DNA of 64,000 bases from Psammoneis japonica. Its lineage: Eukaryota. Below the pieces are notes generated by a model, which had not been told where the DNA came from, searched no databases, and saw nothing but the letters and a program-made list of their open reading frames with translations. The DNA lies in NCBI GenBank assembly GCA_008632985.1, contig QPGO01000102.1:186001-250000 (forward strand), read 5' to 3'. Shown in pieces: positions 49,581-62,686 of this stretch. Position 1 is the first letter of the stretch, and each line of letters opens with the position of its first letter. The position numbers and the translations under genes were made by a program.

Positions 49581-51600
49581 TCACGTCTGCAGTGCAATGA
49601 CCGAGTGCCATGTCAACTGTGCACACATTTTCTTGCTGTGCAACTCTCTCAAACCAAGCTGACAATCATCATCGGACTCGTCTTCATTGGACTCGTCTTC
49701 ATCGGATTCGTCTCCTCCATTGTTCGTTTTTCCTTTTGCGCCTTCCTCCTGCTCATCGTCATCACCATTGTCGTCCCTGCTGCTCTCCACCATTGGGCTG
49801 TTCATTGCCTTCACCTTCTCTGCATCACCGGTCGGTGCTGTCTTCTTCTTCTTTTTTGCTTCTCCAGACTTCTCGTGCTTGCTTTTCTTGATCTCCACAT
49901 GCCACTTTTCAAACTCCTTGCCCTCCTTGGAGTCTCTGTCTTTCGTCACCTCTGTGCACAAATCGTTGAACCGAATGATTCCGTCGTCTCCCCAAGACTC
50001 TCGTTGTTTCTTTGGCTTTGTGCACCAAGGGGCAGGCCTTGTTTCTTCGGGCTCCATTTCCTCACCCAATTCTTCCACCGCCTCCTCCTTGTTCCTGCAT
50101 GCCCACACCTGCCAACAATTCTCCATGGCCAACAGCGCCAAAGCTTCGTCACCTGCCGCAAACAACTGTGAGACCTGTGCATTCCCAGTTTTGATGGCGC
50201 AACTCCATGCCTGCTTTTGCTTGGTTTGAGGCAGGATGTGATCACAGAACCACTTGCATGCCTGCTTGTTCCTTCGTTTGCCGCCAGCGACAGTGCCCAG
50301 GCTGAACGGATCCCATGTCGGCACAAATGGGGTGTCATTCTCTTCATTCTTGTCATGGCTTGACTTTTTCCTGTTTTGCTTTTTCCTCCTGACTGCCGCT
50401 TTGAGTTTCTTTTCTTTTTCCTTTCCCTCTTCCTTGGTGACAACGCCTGTGTGGACAAAGCATCACCGTCATCCTCTTGTGAGATGCGCGCAACTCTTGA
50501 ATCACACACATTGGTCACTTGACTTGCGGGCCATTGCCTCTGCCCCAACAGCCGAACACACCGTGTTTCTGCGATTGTTGATTTGCCTTTTTGCCGCCTT
50601 TTTTGCCCATTCCTCCCAAGTTCCTGACCAATTTGAAGTGTCCATGTTGCCACCAGCAATCTGTTTCTTGACAAACATTGAGACGCTCCCATTGCTTGCC
50701 AATTCTGATGGACTGAGAAACTTCACCTGTGGAAAGAGATCATTTCTGGCCACCTTCTCTGCTTCTGATTTCAATGCACCATGCGCTGCCTGCGCACCTG
50801 TTCTCTTCAACACTGCCTGAAGTCTCAGGCTCATTGGCTTGATGGTCTCATTTTTCTTTCTCTTCTTTGCCGGTGGTGCTGGAGACGACATCTTGATCTT
50901 TGCACGGCAGCAATGAGAGCAGTGTCACTGTTCGACAGTGCAGCCGTCGTCTGGGTCATGTTGAGACAGCCAGCCACTCTGTTTTTCTCTGCAACACTGC
51001 ACAAATCATTGTCAGCAACACTGAAATTTGAAAACACATTTGTGTGCAACAATGAACAGCCCAACTTGCTTTTTGACATGGCTGTCATTGCGTTCCAACG
51101 GAGACAATGTCCTTTGTTTTGACAGCAAATAAAAAAGAACAATGTCCACTGCAAATGCCAGATGAAAAATCAAAATGCAGACACGTCATGCCCATGAGAA
51201 TCATCCAAATCTGGAAGACAATGCAATGTTTGCCATTTTCCCGCCATTTTTTGCGTGTTGTTCTTCTTTTCCCTTCTCATCCACAAGACAAGGACGACGA
51301 GTGTGAGTCTTGATGAAGGCCCTGTCAACATTGACCAGAGAACCATGAGGCAACGGCATCAGCACACAGACTTGGTCAGTCGCTGGCAGCTTGATCACAA
51401 ACAAAGCAACTGGCTTTCAACGCCTGAGAAGACTCAGCACTCACCTGAGTTGCGGGTTGTCCCTGTCAAAGCAATTGGGGACAATGTTTTGGTTTGTGAA
51501 CAATGTCCAGGAGCAGCAGAAGCACAAGAAAAGGCCCCATTTGTTTGGGCTGCACAGGACAGAAGGAAGTGTTGGTCAGATTTGTTTCTAAAATGGGGTG
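49581..51600. mobile_element. Relic of a Plavaka/CMC-like DNA transposon (accessory gene on minus strand, possible transposase C-terminus on plus strand)
   Basis: Minus-strand remnants LFPQVKFL..W...RQINNRRN and GDEALALLAMENCW..W...W...GI.RFN.L...V..DR. Plus-strand remnant LRVVPVKAI...V...R..WSDLF. These resemble proteins I recall from such elements in diatoms; not verified. Confidence 0.45.
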
Positions 51601-51614
51601 CGCGTGTCAATCTG

Positions 51615-53688
51615 TCATTCACTCACAGTGATCACCCAACTCTTTCTTGCAAACATGATGAATTTGATCCTTTCAGAATTGGCAAAGTCATTGCAGCACA
51701 CGTGAAGCAGTGCGGTGCGAGCACCTTCCGTTGCTTTTGTTCTGATGTCTTCTTCAGAAACTCCAAAATGAGCTTCTTCCTGATTGGAGGGCTTTCCCAA
51801 CCACCGTTCTCGTTGTTCTTGGGTTGCAAGGTTGCTTGCAAAGAACATGCTCGCACAGCTCTTTGCAGCATCCTTGTCCATTGTGCATGTGTCGAACACA
51901 GCCGACAATTTCTTCCATTGTTTGACAACCTGGAAGAAGGTTGCAAGAGCAAAGGGAATCACCATGTTCCCCCCTTCTTCATTTTTGGAGAGCAAGGCCC
52001 GAAGATCAATTAGATTTTGGAAAAATTGAGTCGTCCCAAAATGACTGTCGCACCACTCTCCATCTGGCATCCAGCGGCAGTCCAACATGATTTGGTCGAA
52101 CCCATGATTGTCAAAATCAACAAGTTTCTCAAACTGCTGCTTGACTCTCTTGATGAAATCTCTTTTTTTCACATTGCAATTCAAACGCAGATCAGGATGT
52201 CCATCTTGGAGAGAAACTGTTGGAACGATGTTTGTGGTTGTTTTGTTAGATTCCTCAAATGCCATTGCGCGGGCCTCGTCTCGCCTGAGTTGGTCGGACA
52301 ACACCAAGGCCACCCCCTTCTCAGAGCACAATTCTTGAGAAGATGGTTGCCTTGCATTGAGCGGATGGGTCATCCCCAACCACAGCACATTGTGTGTTTC
52401 CCCGTTGGCTTCGTCACTTGTGAAACAATCTCCTGAGTCGCTGTGGTCCTCTTCACCCTCGGAGCAATGTGCAACTTGGTTGTGCTCATCATCAACAGGC
52501 TCTTCGCTTTTGTCCTCTTCACCCATGCAAGCAGTTGGAAGTTTGCTTGTTTTCTCGTCAATTGACTCCTCCTCGCAATCGTCACTTTTGTTCATTGCGA
52601 ATGACAACAAATCACCGGCGGCCTTCTTCCTGTTAGAACGAGAAATCAATGTGACAATGTTGGCACAATCAGACAGAAAACAAATGTGATTGCCATGAAA
52701 AAGCAACCTCTCTTTGCCATTCCAGCTCGGCTCGAACTTCATCAATCGACACGAATGGGACTGGCTCCCATTCACACCTTCCAAACCGCGTGATCATTGA
52801 TTGCCCATCAGAGAACAAGAGCAACAGATGCTGTCCGCAACAAAAGACATCGCAGATTCCCATCTTTTCACGAGCTGCACTCAGGTCACACAGTGAAGAC
52901 TCTGGGCCATTCTTTCCATGGTCTTCCAAATCAAAATCACCCTCTGTCCATTCCAAGAGCAAATCGCGCTTCTCCACCGGGACCTTCATTTCCTCCATTT
53001 GCTTTGCCACTCCCAACTTGGCTGCTGGATGGACAAGATTACGAAGGTCAGGGTGAGGATGGATCCCCATGCCACACAGCATCAATGTCTGCATGGAGTT
53101 CATGCATCTGAGCTCTCCACAATCAGCACCTGCATGATCCCATGTTTGGACCACGGTTTGAAACATGTCCTCGATCGCCTTGTGGCCAAACGTTGGCTTG
53201 CCAACATTGCCATTGATCCTGTCGATGACAACAACCAGTCCGCCAACAAGCAAATCCATCAAACCATTGAGTTTCATCCCGCACTCTGCCACATGAACCT
53301 CCTCGAAATCGAGTCCCAGGCTCTGCATGTGTCGGTTGTTGCGATCCCCCGCAATGCTGCCGAGTGGCCTCGCAGCTTCTCTGAAGCAATGAAGGACACG
53401 ATCGCCAGCCACGAAAGGATGCTTCACAGCATCTGTGTTGCACAACAAGCAGCAAAAATGGGAGAATCCGGTTTGACACCCAGCCACAATGGCGCAACGA
53501 AAGCAATCGTGTGCTTTGTCATTTTTTTGCGCACACATCCCATCGCACGTGCGTTGTGCGTGCTGCACGCGCACGTGGTCAGGATGGCGGAAGGACGCAG
53601 AAAACCAAGGGAAGCAAGGAAGGCAGGATTTTTGGATTGTTTCATAAAAAGTTTCTGCCACTGTCATCAAGCGACATGCATCGCCCAT
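51615..53688 (-). pseudogene. TpA-eroded remnant of a large unknown gene (two overlapping frames, 339 + 389 aa)
   Basis: Protein-like composition with an acidic linker, but almost no Tyr and excess Cys/His. Paralogous fragments at 47230-47600 and 58620-58740. Confidence 0.55.
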
Positions 53689-55572
53689 CTTCCTTTACAG
53701 CAGCCTCAGGGTTGCCTGCTGCTCGGCACACTTGTGCTGACTGCAATGACACATGTTGTCTCCATCAATCTGATTTTCTGAAGCAGAGCTGCAGCAAGCG
53801 GTCAAGTGCCACATTGTCATTTGCAAGATGATTCTGAAACGACACAGAAGTGACATCCGAACTCTTGTGGCATCCACATTCTTTTGATGGATTGTCATCT
53901 TGAATGATCGCATCGCATCTGGCGAGCATTGAGTGTGTGCTCTTTTGAGCTTCTGCTTTCAGTCCAGTGCTCCATTCTTTGCCAGCATTGTTTTCTCTTG
54001 TGCTCTTCATTTCTTTTCTTCAGATTGTGCCAACAAGAGATGACATGCGCTGTCCCTTGTTGACAAACAAGACGAAATGACTGTTGTGTTCATTGAGTCT
54101 CCACACGCTTTTTGCTGTGTGTTGGCACTCAGACTCTTTGGTTTTGTTGAAGATCAGTGTTGCGACTTTGGGTGTGGCAGTGGTGCCTTTTGGTGGCTTG
54201 ACACAGAGAGACATCCTTTTCTGCCAGAGTTGCCGGTCTGCAGTCATTGGTGAGAACATGCTGCATTGAAGAGAACAATCTCTCCATCTGCTGGCTGCCG
54301 GTGGATTGTAGATTGCTGTGTTTGCATTGTTGGCAAGCAACGCACCATTTCACTCTCGGCAACATTTCATCATTTCAATTGCTGTTTGTCTCTCACTCTG
54401 TCTATTCTGTTTTTATCAACATTGTCAGATTGGATGAAATCAACACGTGGAGGGGAGACGCCATGCGTCGAGCATCGCACCTCATTGTCTGCAAAATGGT
54501 TGCCTGCGCAATGTCGACAAACGGCACTGACAGAGCGGTGAGCGGTGTCTTAATTTCTGTGTCTTGCTGTGCATTTGGATCTACAGAGAAAGACCGCTGA
54601 ACGACTTGCACCTTGTCAATCTAGGGTTGTCGTCATGCGCGAACACTTTGTGGTGACGAGTGTCAGTGAGTTGCAGAAACTGAAGGTGCACCTCACGGCG
54701 TGCCGGCCCAAGACAAAAGCCATCATTCAAAGCACAGTCACATTTGTCAACCAGAGCGCACGGCATTCACACCAAGTGATCTCCCTGTCTGCTGCAAATT
54801 GTGGAAATCTCTGCATTTTTGGCAAGTTGATCACCATCTGCAAGAAAGATCCTTTCTCTCTCGGCGTTGTTTTGATTTCTTGATCGTTGCTGCTTGTCTC
54901 ACTGTGCTTTGGATTCTCCATCATTGGGGCCCAAAGCCCAGCTGCCGACACCAGCACTGCAGTGGAGAGTGGGAGAATCACAGCAAGCAATGCAGTCAAT
55001 GAATGCCAGCCATCGCTGTCCATTGGTGGCAAGTGCCGGCAGAGGTGCACCCGCCTGTCTCCGCGCCTCCGAATCATGATTGACTCTCATGACTGAGAGA
55101 TGAAAGATGCACATCATGTCATGTGCAAAATGAACATGTTCAATCCAGATTGGCTTTTTTTGGGCGCGTTTCGCTTCGCTCATCAAACACAAAACAAAGC
55201 GAGACATCACGCTGCTCTCGTCATTGCCCTTGCTTTTGGTGTGGCATGCCGTCTTTCTCTCGTTGCGTTTCCTCATTCCGCCATTTACACATGATGCTCA
55301 CATCAGTTGTTGCTTGTAGTTTGTCTGGCCATCTCACAAGTGAAGGGAGACGAGCGCGAGATGCGAAACTCTTCACACCGCTCGGCATTGGTGGCAGTGC
55401 ACCAATCGCCGTCATTTGACACGGTGAGCACTCGATCATGTCACTGTTCACACTGTGTTGCTCTTTTTCATTGATGCGTTTCTAATCATTTGTTGTTTGT
55501 CATGTTGTTTGCTGTTGTGATGCCGAAGGATTCGCACGTGATTTGCACTGCAGCTCAATGTGTCGCATCATC

Positions 55573-58337
55573 ATGCCTCCCAAGCAACACAAGAATCTTG
55601 ACAAAGGACAAAAGACCATTGGCACCTTTTTCAGTCCCAGTGCCAAGGCTGATGCAACGACTGCCATGACCGCCAAGACACCAGCCAACACGCAACCGAA
55701 ACGAAAAGCGGCAGAAACGCCTGCAGCGAGGAAGGCCAAGGTGCCCAGAATTGCCGAATTGCCCACTGTGTCAATCAGCAGTTTTTTCCAGAGTCCACCA
55801 GCTGATCCCACTCTCAAGACACCCTCTGCTGTCATTGCCAATTGTTGTCCCATCGGCACCGGTGCTGCAACTTTGCTGGACAAACCATCCACCATGAATG
55901 CCGATGCTGTTGGCACACATGTTGCCACCAAGTCCAGCTGCGAGGCTAAATCAGCCATCAGTCCATCTGACTCCATCATTGCTGCAAATGGATCATCATT
56001 GGACGCAGCCCTAAAAGAAGCAACCGCGAAAAGCAGCAACGCCAACAGCTGCAAGGACGACGAATCGTACATTCGAGAGGATGATGAGTCCGACTGCAAC
56101 GAGAACCAACACAAGACAATTTGTGAGATGCCACACAACGAAAAGGACTTTTACAAGCAATTGATCATGCCAACGTTTGGCTCCAACGTGGCCAGAGAAA
56201 CTGCCAAGCCACGTTGTGAAGCCATGGTGGCAATTGCTGAAAAACACCACTTCATTGAACGTCCAGACGGGCATCATTCGGACCAAATGCTCACCCGAGC
56301 TGTCACCAAGAGCCATGGTGTTTGTGGCATTCAAAAGGATGCACTGGCAAAGATTGGTGCAAGCAGCAACATGCACAACCATTGCAACCTTTCAAAAGAT
56401 GTCGAGCAATGCGACCAATTTCGTGTCATGGTCAATCTCGACTGCACCGACGCCGACTTTGATGCAGAGATGCAAGTGCTTTGCCGGAACTTCATTGATG
56501 CCATTGACAAAGCTGATGGATTGAGCGAGTTTCAGCATTTTTTTTTCATCGAGCTGTTGCGAGACCGGCACGGGGAAAGCCTGGGACCCAAGAAAATGAT
56601 TTGGTTGCCAATGTTGGAATTCGGCCTGCAACAGAGAGAGAATCTTCCTGCGCCGTTTGAGTGCATGATGCACAAGGAATCTGTTGCAGAACTCCACTGT
56701 GATTTGGCGGAATCAAACTGCAACTTGGTCACCAATCATCTTTCCAAGATCATTGGTTTTGCAAGGGAGAATCCGTTGCTTCTGTTCGTTTTTGCCATCT
56801 CTAGTTGGAAGACTGGATGTGATGGTTTGTCCAGCAATGTCTTGGCCACCCTTTGCATTGTTTTGCATGAGCATCTACGATGTGATGCGCTCCCTTGTCC
56901 AGCGGTCCATGACGCCGTGACTGCTGAAGAGAAGCACTCGAAAGCGCACACGGACCAACAGAAGGCTGCCGCTTGGCTTGTCTTGCACTGCCACATGCAA
57001 CACCTGATCGAGTCACCGTTTGGAGTTGCACTCTTGGACAAGAACAACTTGACATTTCGTGATGACCCCAATTTCCATCGGAGCGCAGCTCAGGTTCTTG
57101 AGGACCATGGCTTTCGAGAGGTTGAATGCATCCCATTTGGCGAGATTCGTCTGTTTTTGGATGAGAGCAAGCTTCACGCAGTTTTCTTGCACAAGCCACT
57201 GTGCATTGCAAGCGACAGTCGGGCGTGCACTCCAATGATGTTTCATGTTTGGCATGCATTGTCACTGTCAGTTCTCTGCAACGTTGCTTGAGTGCTTCGG
57301 GGCGACGAACTTCTGAACCCAAGTGTCAAGTTTTGCAATCCCATCAATGGCATTCTTGGGTTCCAGGTGGGTCGACTCGGTCTTCATCAAAATCTTTTTG
57401 TGTGTTCAGCCATTGGCAAGGAATGTTTCTCTGGAGCTGAAACGAATGCATTGATTGAGAATGACCTTGCGAAAACGGTTGGAGAAGACGCGCCTGTTTC
57501 AAAGATGGTTCGCGTAGAGCGCTCGGCAAGGTGAGTCTGTCTGCTTTTGTTCTTTTGCATCATCACATCCTGCTGACAGCAGCCTGTTTGTGCCATCCTC
57601 TGTTGCCAAGTGGCAAGAAACGGGCAGCAGATGCATTGCGTCCTGTTGATCGAGTCTTGCTGCACCAGCTCCGCTCTGTCATTGGCCATGCTCAGCAAGG
57701 CGAGGAAGAGCAAATGTGTCTTGAGATGCGCGAGCTTGCCAAGAAGGGTCCAGGCAGCACAACTGCGGACAAGAAAACGTCCAACTGTGGACTCAAAGAG
57801 ACCATCATGAACCAAGCCATCCCTGGTTCGGCTTTGGCACTGCACCTCATTTCTCTGCATGAGCGACATGCGAACAACACGGGCAATCGTCAATCTGGAC
57901 CTGGCAAGGGTAAAAGCAGAGCAGAGGTTGCAGACAACGATGCAATGGTGAAGGATCTTGTGGATGCTTGCCAATCCACTGCAAGTGGCAAGCCTGGACT
58001 GGCATTCTGGGCAAAGGAGGCAAGCGGAGAACGCTTTGTAGAGCCAACGGGGCGCTCGTTGTCGGGTTGCGGGGACCATCTTTTTCCCGGCAACAGCTGC
58101 AATGAAGTTGCAGGCATGACATGTGAAGGCATTAGAGAGCGTTGCAAGTCTTGCCAAACGTTCAAGGGAAATGCCAACTCTGTCACGTGCGAGCGGCATC
58201 CTCATTTGGACATCAAGAAGGTGAAATGCAAGATGGACAAGAGACGCAAGGTCAGAGTCACTGCGGGTGGAATGCAGGGTGGAGTTGCGAACGGATGTGT
58301 GTTGTGTCAATTTGTGTTCAGCAATTGCCAAAGCTGA
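55573..58337 (+). pseudogene. Repeat-borne gene copy B, heavily TA-mutated, premature TGA at 57289-57291
   Basis: Colinear with copy A. The stop is CGA->TGA. Tyr codons are converted to Cys/His. Confidence 0.85.
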
Positions 58338-58875
58338 GTGTGACTTCTTTGATTGGAGCAAAAGTTGCCGTGCTGGGAAAGAAGCCCCATTTGGTTGTTG
58401 AGCTTGTGTTTGGTTGATCCTCGTGAATGCGAAAAAGGTGCTGCAGCACATTGGGGTGTTGCAGACTCTGCTGTGGAGAAGTGGACCACACTGCAGACAT
58501 TTGATTGATCATCATAAATGCAAAAACACTTTCAGGCGGATGTGCTTTTGCCAAATGGGAGGCATTGTTAGCACAGAGACACGTTCTTGTTTCTTGGTTG
58601 CCATTTTCCATGTTTGAGGCATTTTTTGTCGCGCGCATTTATCGCGCATCATTTCGCTCTATCGTGTGTCGGCGTCGGTGCCTTTTTTTTACGCGTGCGT
58701 GGTCCGGGGTGGCGGAAGGATGCACAAAACAGAAAACCAAGGGACGCACCCCTGTGGCAGGGGAGCTGTGTGTGTGTGCGTGGTTGTGCGCGCACGGCTT
58801 CGCCGTGCGTTGAGTTTTAATGTCAACATCCACACGAATGTGCACATTCCACAAGCAAAAATTCCCATTCCACAG

Positions 58876-60994
58876 CTCCCCTAAAACTCTAACCACCAAA
58901 AACCGAGGGGTCGGAAGCGCACTTTTGGGAGCTCTTTTTCTCCGCACAAAAAACACGCGTTTCGTCGACTCGACCATGATGATGCCTCGTGGTTCTTCCC
59001 CATCGCCTTCCCAGGACGCCGATCCTGCTGACACCGTTGCTGATGACACTGATGCAACAGGCAATGTCATCACTCCGGTTCTCGTGGGTGTGACACGCAC
59101 AAAATAAGATGCTACAAACTCACACTGTTGTTTGCACGCTCCACCGCCTCCCACAGATGCTGTCACGAATTCCAACGCCGCACCTGCGTTTCGGCCCCCT
59201 GGCATGCCCGATGCTGTTGCTCCTGCCCTCACTGCCGCAGGTGCTGTTGACACTGTTGTTGCATTTTGCCAACAACGTCCACAATAAAATGCCAATGACT
59301 CACACTTCTTTCATTCTCGCCCCACCGCCTCCCACAGATGCTGTCACGAATTCCAACGCCGCACCTGCGTTTCGGCCCCCTGGCATGCCCGACACTGTTG
59401 CTCCTGCCCTCACTGCCGCAGGTGCTGTTGATGCTGTTGTTGCATTTTGCCAACAACGTCCACAATGAAATGCCAACAACTCACACTTCTTTCATTCTCG
59501 CCCTGCCGCCTCCCACAGATGCTGTCACGAATTCCAACGCCGCACCTGCGTTTCGGCCCCCTGGCATGCCCGACACTGTTGCTCCTGCCCTTGCTGCCAC
59601 AGATGCTGTTGATGCTGTTGTTGCATTTTGCCAATGACGTCCACAATGAAATGCCAACAACTCACACTTCTTTCATTCTCGCCCCACTGCCTCCCACAGA
59701 TGCTGTCACGAATTCCAATGCCGCACCTGCGTTTCGGCCCCCTGGCATGCCCGACACTGTCAATCCTGCCCTTGCTGCTGCAGTCACTGTTGACACTGTC
59801 ATTGTTTTTGCTTTGGAAGGAACACAATGGATGACGGATGACGGCGGACCAGGAAACCCACGCAACCACGGCCTGCTGATGGACGACACATCAATGGACA
59901 TGAATGGTGCCTCTTGGCCAGCTCTCGAGTGCAGTCTAATCTTTAGAATGTGCAGACACATTGTGCAGCTCTCTGTAAATTAGAAACCTGATGACAATTA
60001 GATGGCAGGCATGCTTTCACAGTTTTTCAGTTTCAAGTTGGAGAGGTCAGCGAATTGGCATTTGTTTGCAGGCGACTTGGCAAGGTTTCAAATGGTGCAT
60101 GTGACTTGGACACTGCTCTGTTTTCCAGGACTGGGTCATTGTGTGCAATTCCACAAGAGGCCACTCTCGCCGTTTGAATTCTACATGTGATGCACAACAC
60201 ACTGTTTTTGCATGTTGCTAAAATGGAGGCAGGCAGCAACGTGCTTTTGGCAAATGCTCACCATGTTTGTCACTGTTAGACCTTCAAAACTGGTGCCTTG
60301 TCGACAGCCATGCTGCCACTTTGCATGACGGCACCTTCTCTGCCCGCATTCCATCAGCTGCATCCTCCTTCACATGTTGCTGCGGTTCATCTTGACACTT
60401 GTTGTTGGCTCCGATTGGTTCCGCTGGGCTCTGGGTGAGTCTCAATCACCTGCAGACAGACAAGGTTCTGCTTGGGAATGATCATCCTGAGAAAGGTTGT
60501 CACCATGCCTCCTGTCATAGATGCTCCTCTGCCACGCCCACTGAACCTTGACGTCGGTTTGTTGCTTTTGTTTTTTGACCTGGTTTCGGAGCTGCACCCC
60601 AGACCGTTTGAGAGAAGGCTCATCAGTGCCTTCCACAACACGGCGATGCAAACGAGAATCCAGTTTCTCCGGGGACGCAATGACAGGAGTGGACCAATCA
60701 CGGCGCTGTGTTTGTGTTTCAGGCACAGGATCCGGCGAACAGAAGCCCAAATCCTCTGGATGGCAAATCGGCTGTGTTTGGGTAACGACAGCGGGTGCAA
60801 CGGTGCCGTCCAATGCAGGAGGGACTGCCGCATCAGATGTGGCAGGCGGGGATGCGTCAGGTGGTGTGGGGGACGAAGAACGGGAGGTCGTCATGGTCGA
60901 GTCGACGAAACGCGTGTTTTTTGTGCGGAGAAAAAGAGCTCTCAAAAGTGCGCTTCCGACCCCTCGGTTTTTGGTGGTTAGAGTTTTAGGGGAG
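58876..60994. mobile_element. 2.1-kb element bounded by ~105-bp near-perfect terminal inverted repeats
   Basis: CTCCCCTAAAACTCTAACCACCAAAAACCGAGGGG...GACTCGACCATGA at 58876-58980 and its reverse complement ending at 60994 (1-2 mismatches). No convincing TSD and no transposase. Confidence 0.75.
59100..59810 (+). repeat. 181-bp tandem repeat, ~4 units
   Basis: CCACAGATGCTGTCACGAATTCC recurs at 59151, 59332, 59513 and 59694. Confidence 0.95.
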
Positions 60995-61747
60995 AATGTG
61001 GTTCAGGATTTTTCTCCATTGCTTCATTCGTTGCTCACATTATTCTCTTGTGCTCTTAATTCTTTTCTTCAGACGTCATACGTTATACCTTATTGACGGA
61101 CAAGGAGAAATAACTATGATTGAGTCTCAGCACGCTTTTGACTGTGAGTTGGCATTTGGACTCTTTGGTTTTGAAGATCAGTGTTGCACGCAGGCACTGT
61201 AGCAACACAATGGACTTATGGTATGGCAATAATTCCTTTTGGTGGCTTGATGCAGAGAGACGTCCTTTTCTGCCAGAGTTACCGGTCTATAGTCATTAGT
61301 GAGAACGAGCGGTGTTGAATAGAATGATCTACTGGTGTATTGTGGAATGCTGTGTTTGTAATATTGGTAAGTAACGTACCACTTCACTCTTGGCATCGTT
61401 TCGTTATTTCAATTGCTATTTATCTCACACTCTGTCTATTCTGTTTTTACCGACAATATCAGATTGGATGAAGACAACACGTGGAGGGGAGACGTCATGC
61501 GTTGTGCCTCATTCACTGCGAAATGGTTACCATGTCATCGCCAGCAATAAGAAAAGCTACATTACGTAATAATATCGACGAACGGCACTGAACAGAGTGG
61601 CGTCTGATTTTTTTTTGTTTCTTGCTGTGCATTCGGATCTACAGAGAAAGACCGCTGAACGACTCGTACCTTATCAATCTAGGGTTGTCGTCATAGGTCA
61701 ATACTTTGTGGTGACGAGTGGCAACGAGTAACAGGAACTTAAAAAGC

Positions 61748-61802
61748 ACCTCAAGACGCAGTACCTCAAGACGCAGTACCTCAAGACGCAGTACCTCAAG
61801 AC
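61748..61802 (+). repeat. 15-bp tandem repeat, ~3.7 units
   Basis: ACCTCAAGACGCAGT x3 plus a partial unit. The paralogous site near 42360 has only ~2 degenerate units. Confidence 0.9.
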
Positions 61803-62686
61803 ACACCTCTAAATGCCCTGCTTCGACAGTGCTGCAGAGTTTCAGAGATTCGGACACACTGTCTGCCTCACAGGCGTTGTTGATTTTTGCATTCACTTTA
61901 TTCATTTGGGCTTTACGACGCGTTCGGCTATCTTAATACAAACAGCAATGTATCATCCATGTTATGGGTGACGAGATGAGAATGATGCCGACGAAAACCG
62001 GTAGTACGAGGACAGACTGTCCGTGACTGAGCACGCGGGTTTGATGACTCGAAAAAGATCTGCAAAATTGGCGCGCCGGAATTCTCCGGTCATCAATCTC
62101 AGAATCGACGAAAAGAAGGCGAGAGTCGCATCGAGCTGCTCTGTGTTGTGACTGATCTTTGAAAGGTAAGCCTTTATCTCTGTTCATATCAATATCTTGT
62201 GTTGCTTATACTATGAGTATGATTCTCACTTCTCATGTTTGGTTTGTCGTCGTGTCGATCGTTTGGACGCAAGAGTCGACTCTATCGGCACACGAGGTGC
62301 GTCGGACGTCAAGAGACTCCTCATGACAGCATCATACCCGCAGCGTTATCACTAGGTGAGTATTGAATCGACACAATGCTATTCTTCAATTTCCTATTTA
62401 TAAAATGTATTGCTCATTGACTGTTTTGTTCCTTGTTGATTGTTGGTTCGATGTCGTTCAGCCCTGAAGAACGAACGAATTGCAATAACACGCATACACT
62501 GCACTCGGCTCGGCATTGGTGGCTGTGTACCAATTGCTATCATTCGACACAGTGAGCACTCAATCACACCATTGTTCATACTGAACTCTTTTGTTTCTGA
62601 TGCACTTCCAACCATTCGTCGTTTGCTGTTGTGATGCCGAAGGAGTCGCACGTGTTTCGTATTGCAGCTAAATATGTCGCATCACC

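Noticed and set aside
43290..58337. Alternative genetic code or RNA editing as the explanation for Tyr->Cys/His
   Set aside because: The changes are in genomic DNA, also hit non-coding and tRNA sequence, and neighbouring genes use TAY codons and TAA/TAG stops normally.
58876..58905. Interstitial telomere
   Set aside because: Only one exact CCCTAA plus a degenerate unit, and it is part of the TIR.
59100..59810. 181-bp repeats as a CRISPR array or centromeric satellite
   Set aside because: There are no unique spacers and only ~4 units. The exon/intron structure explains the period.
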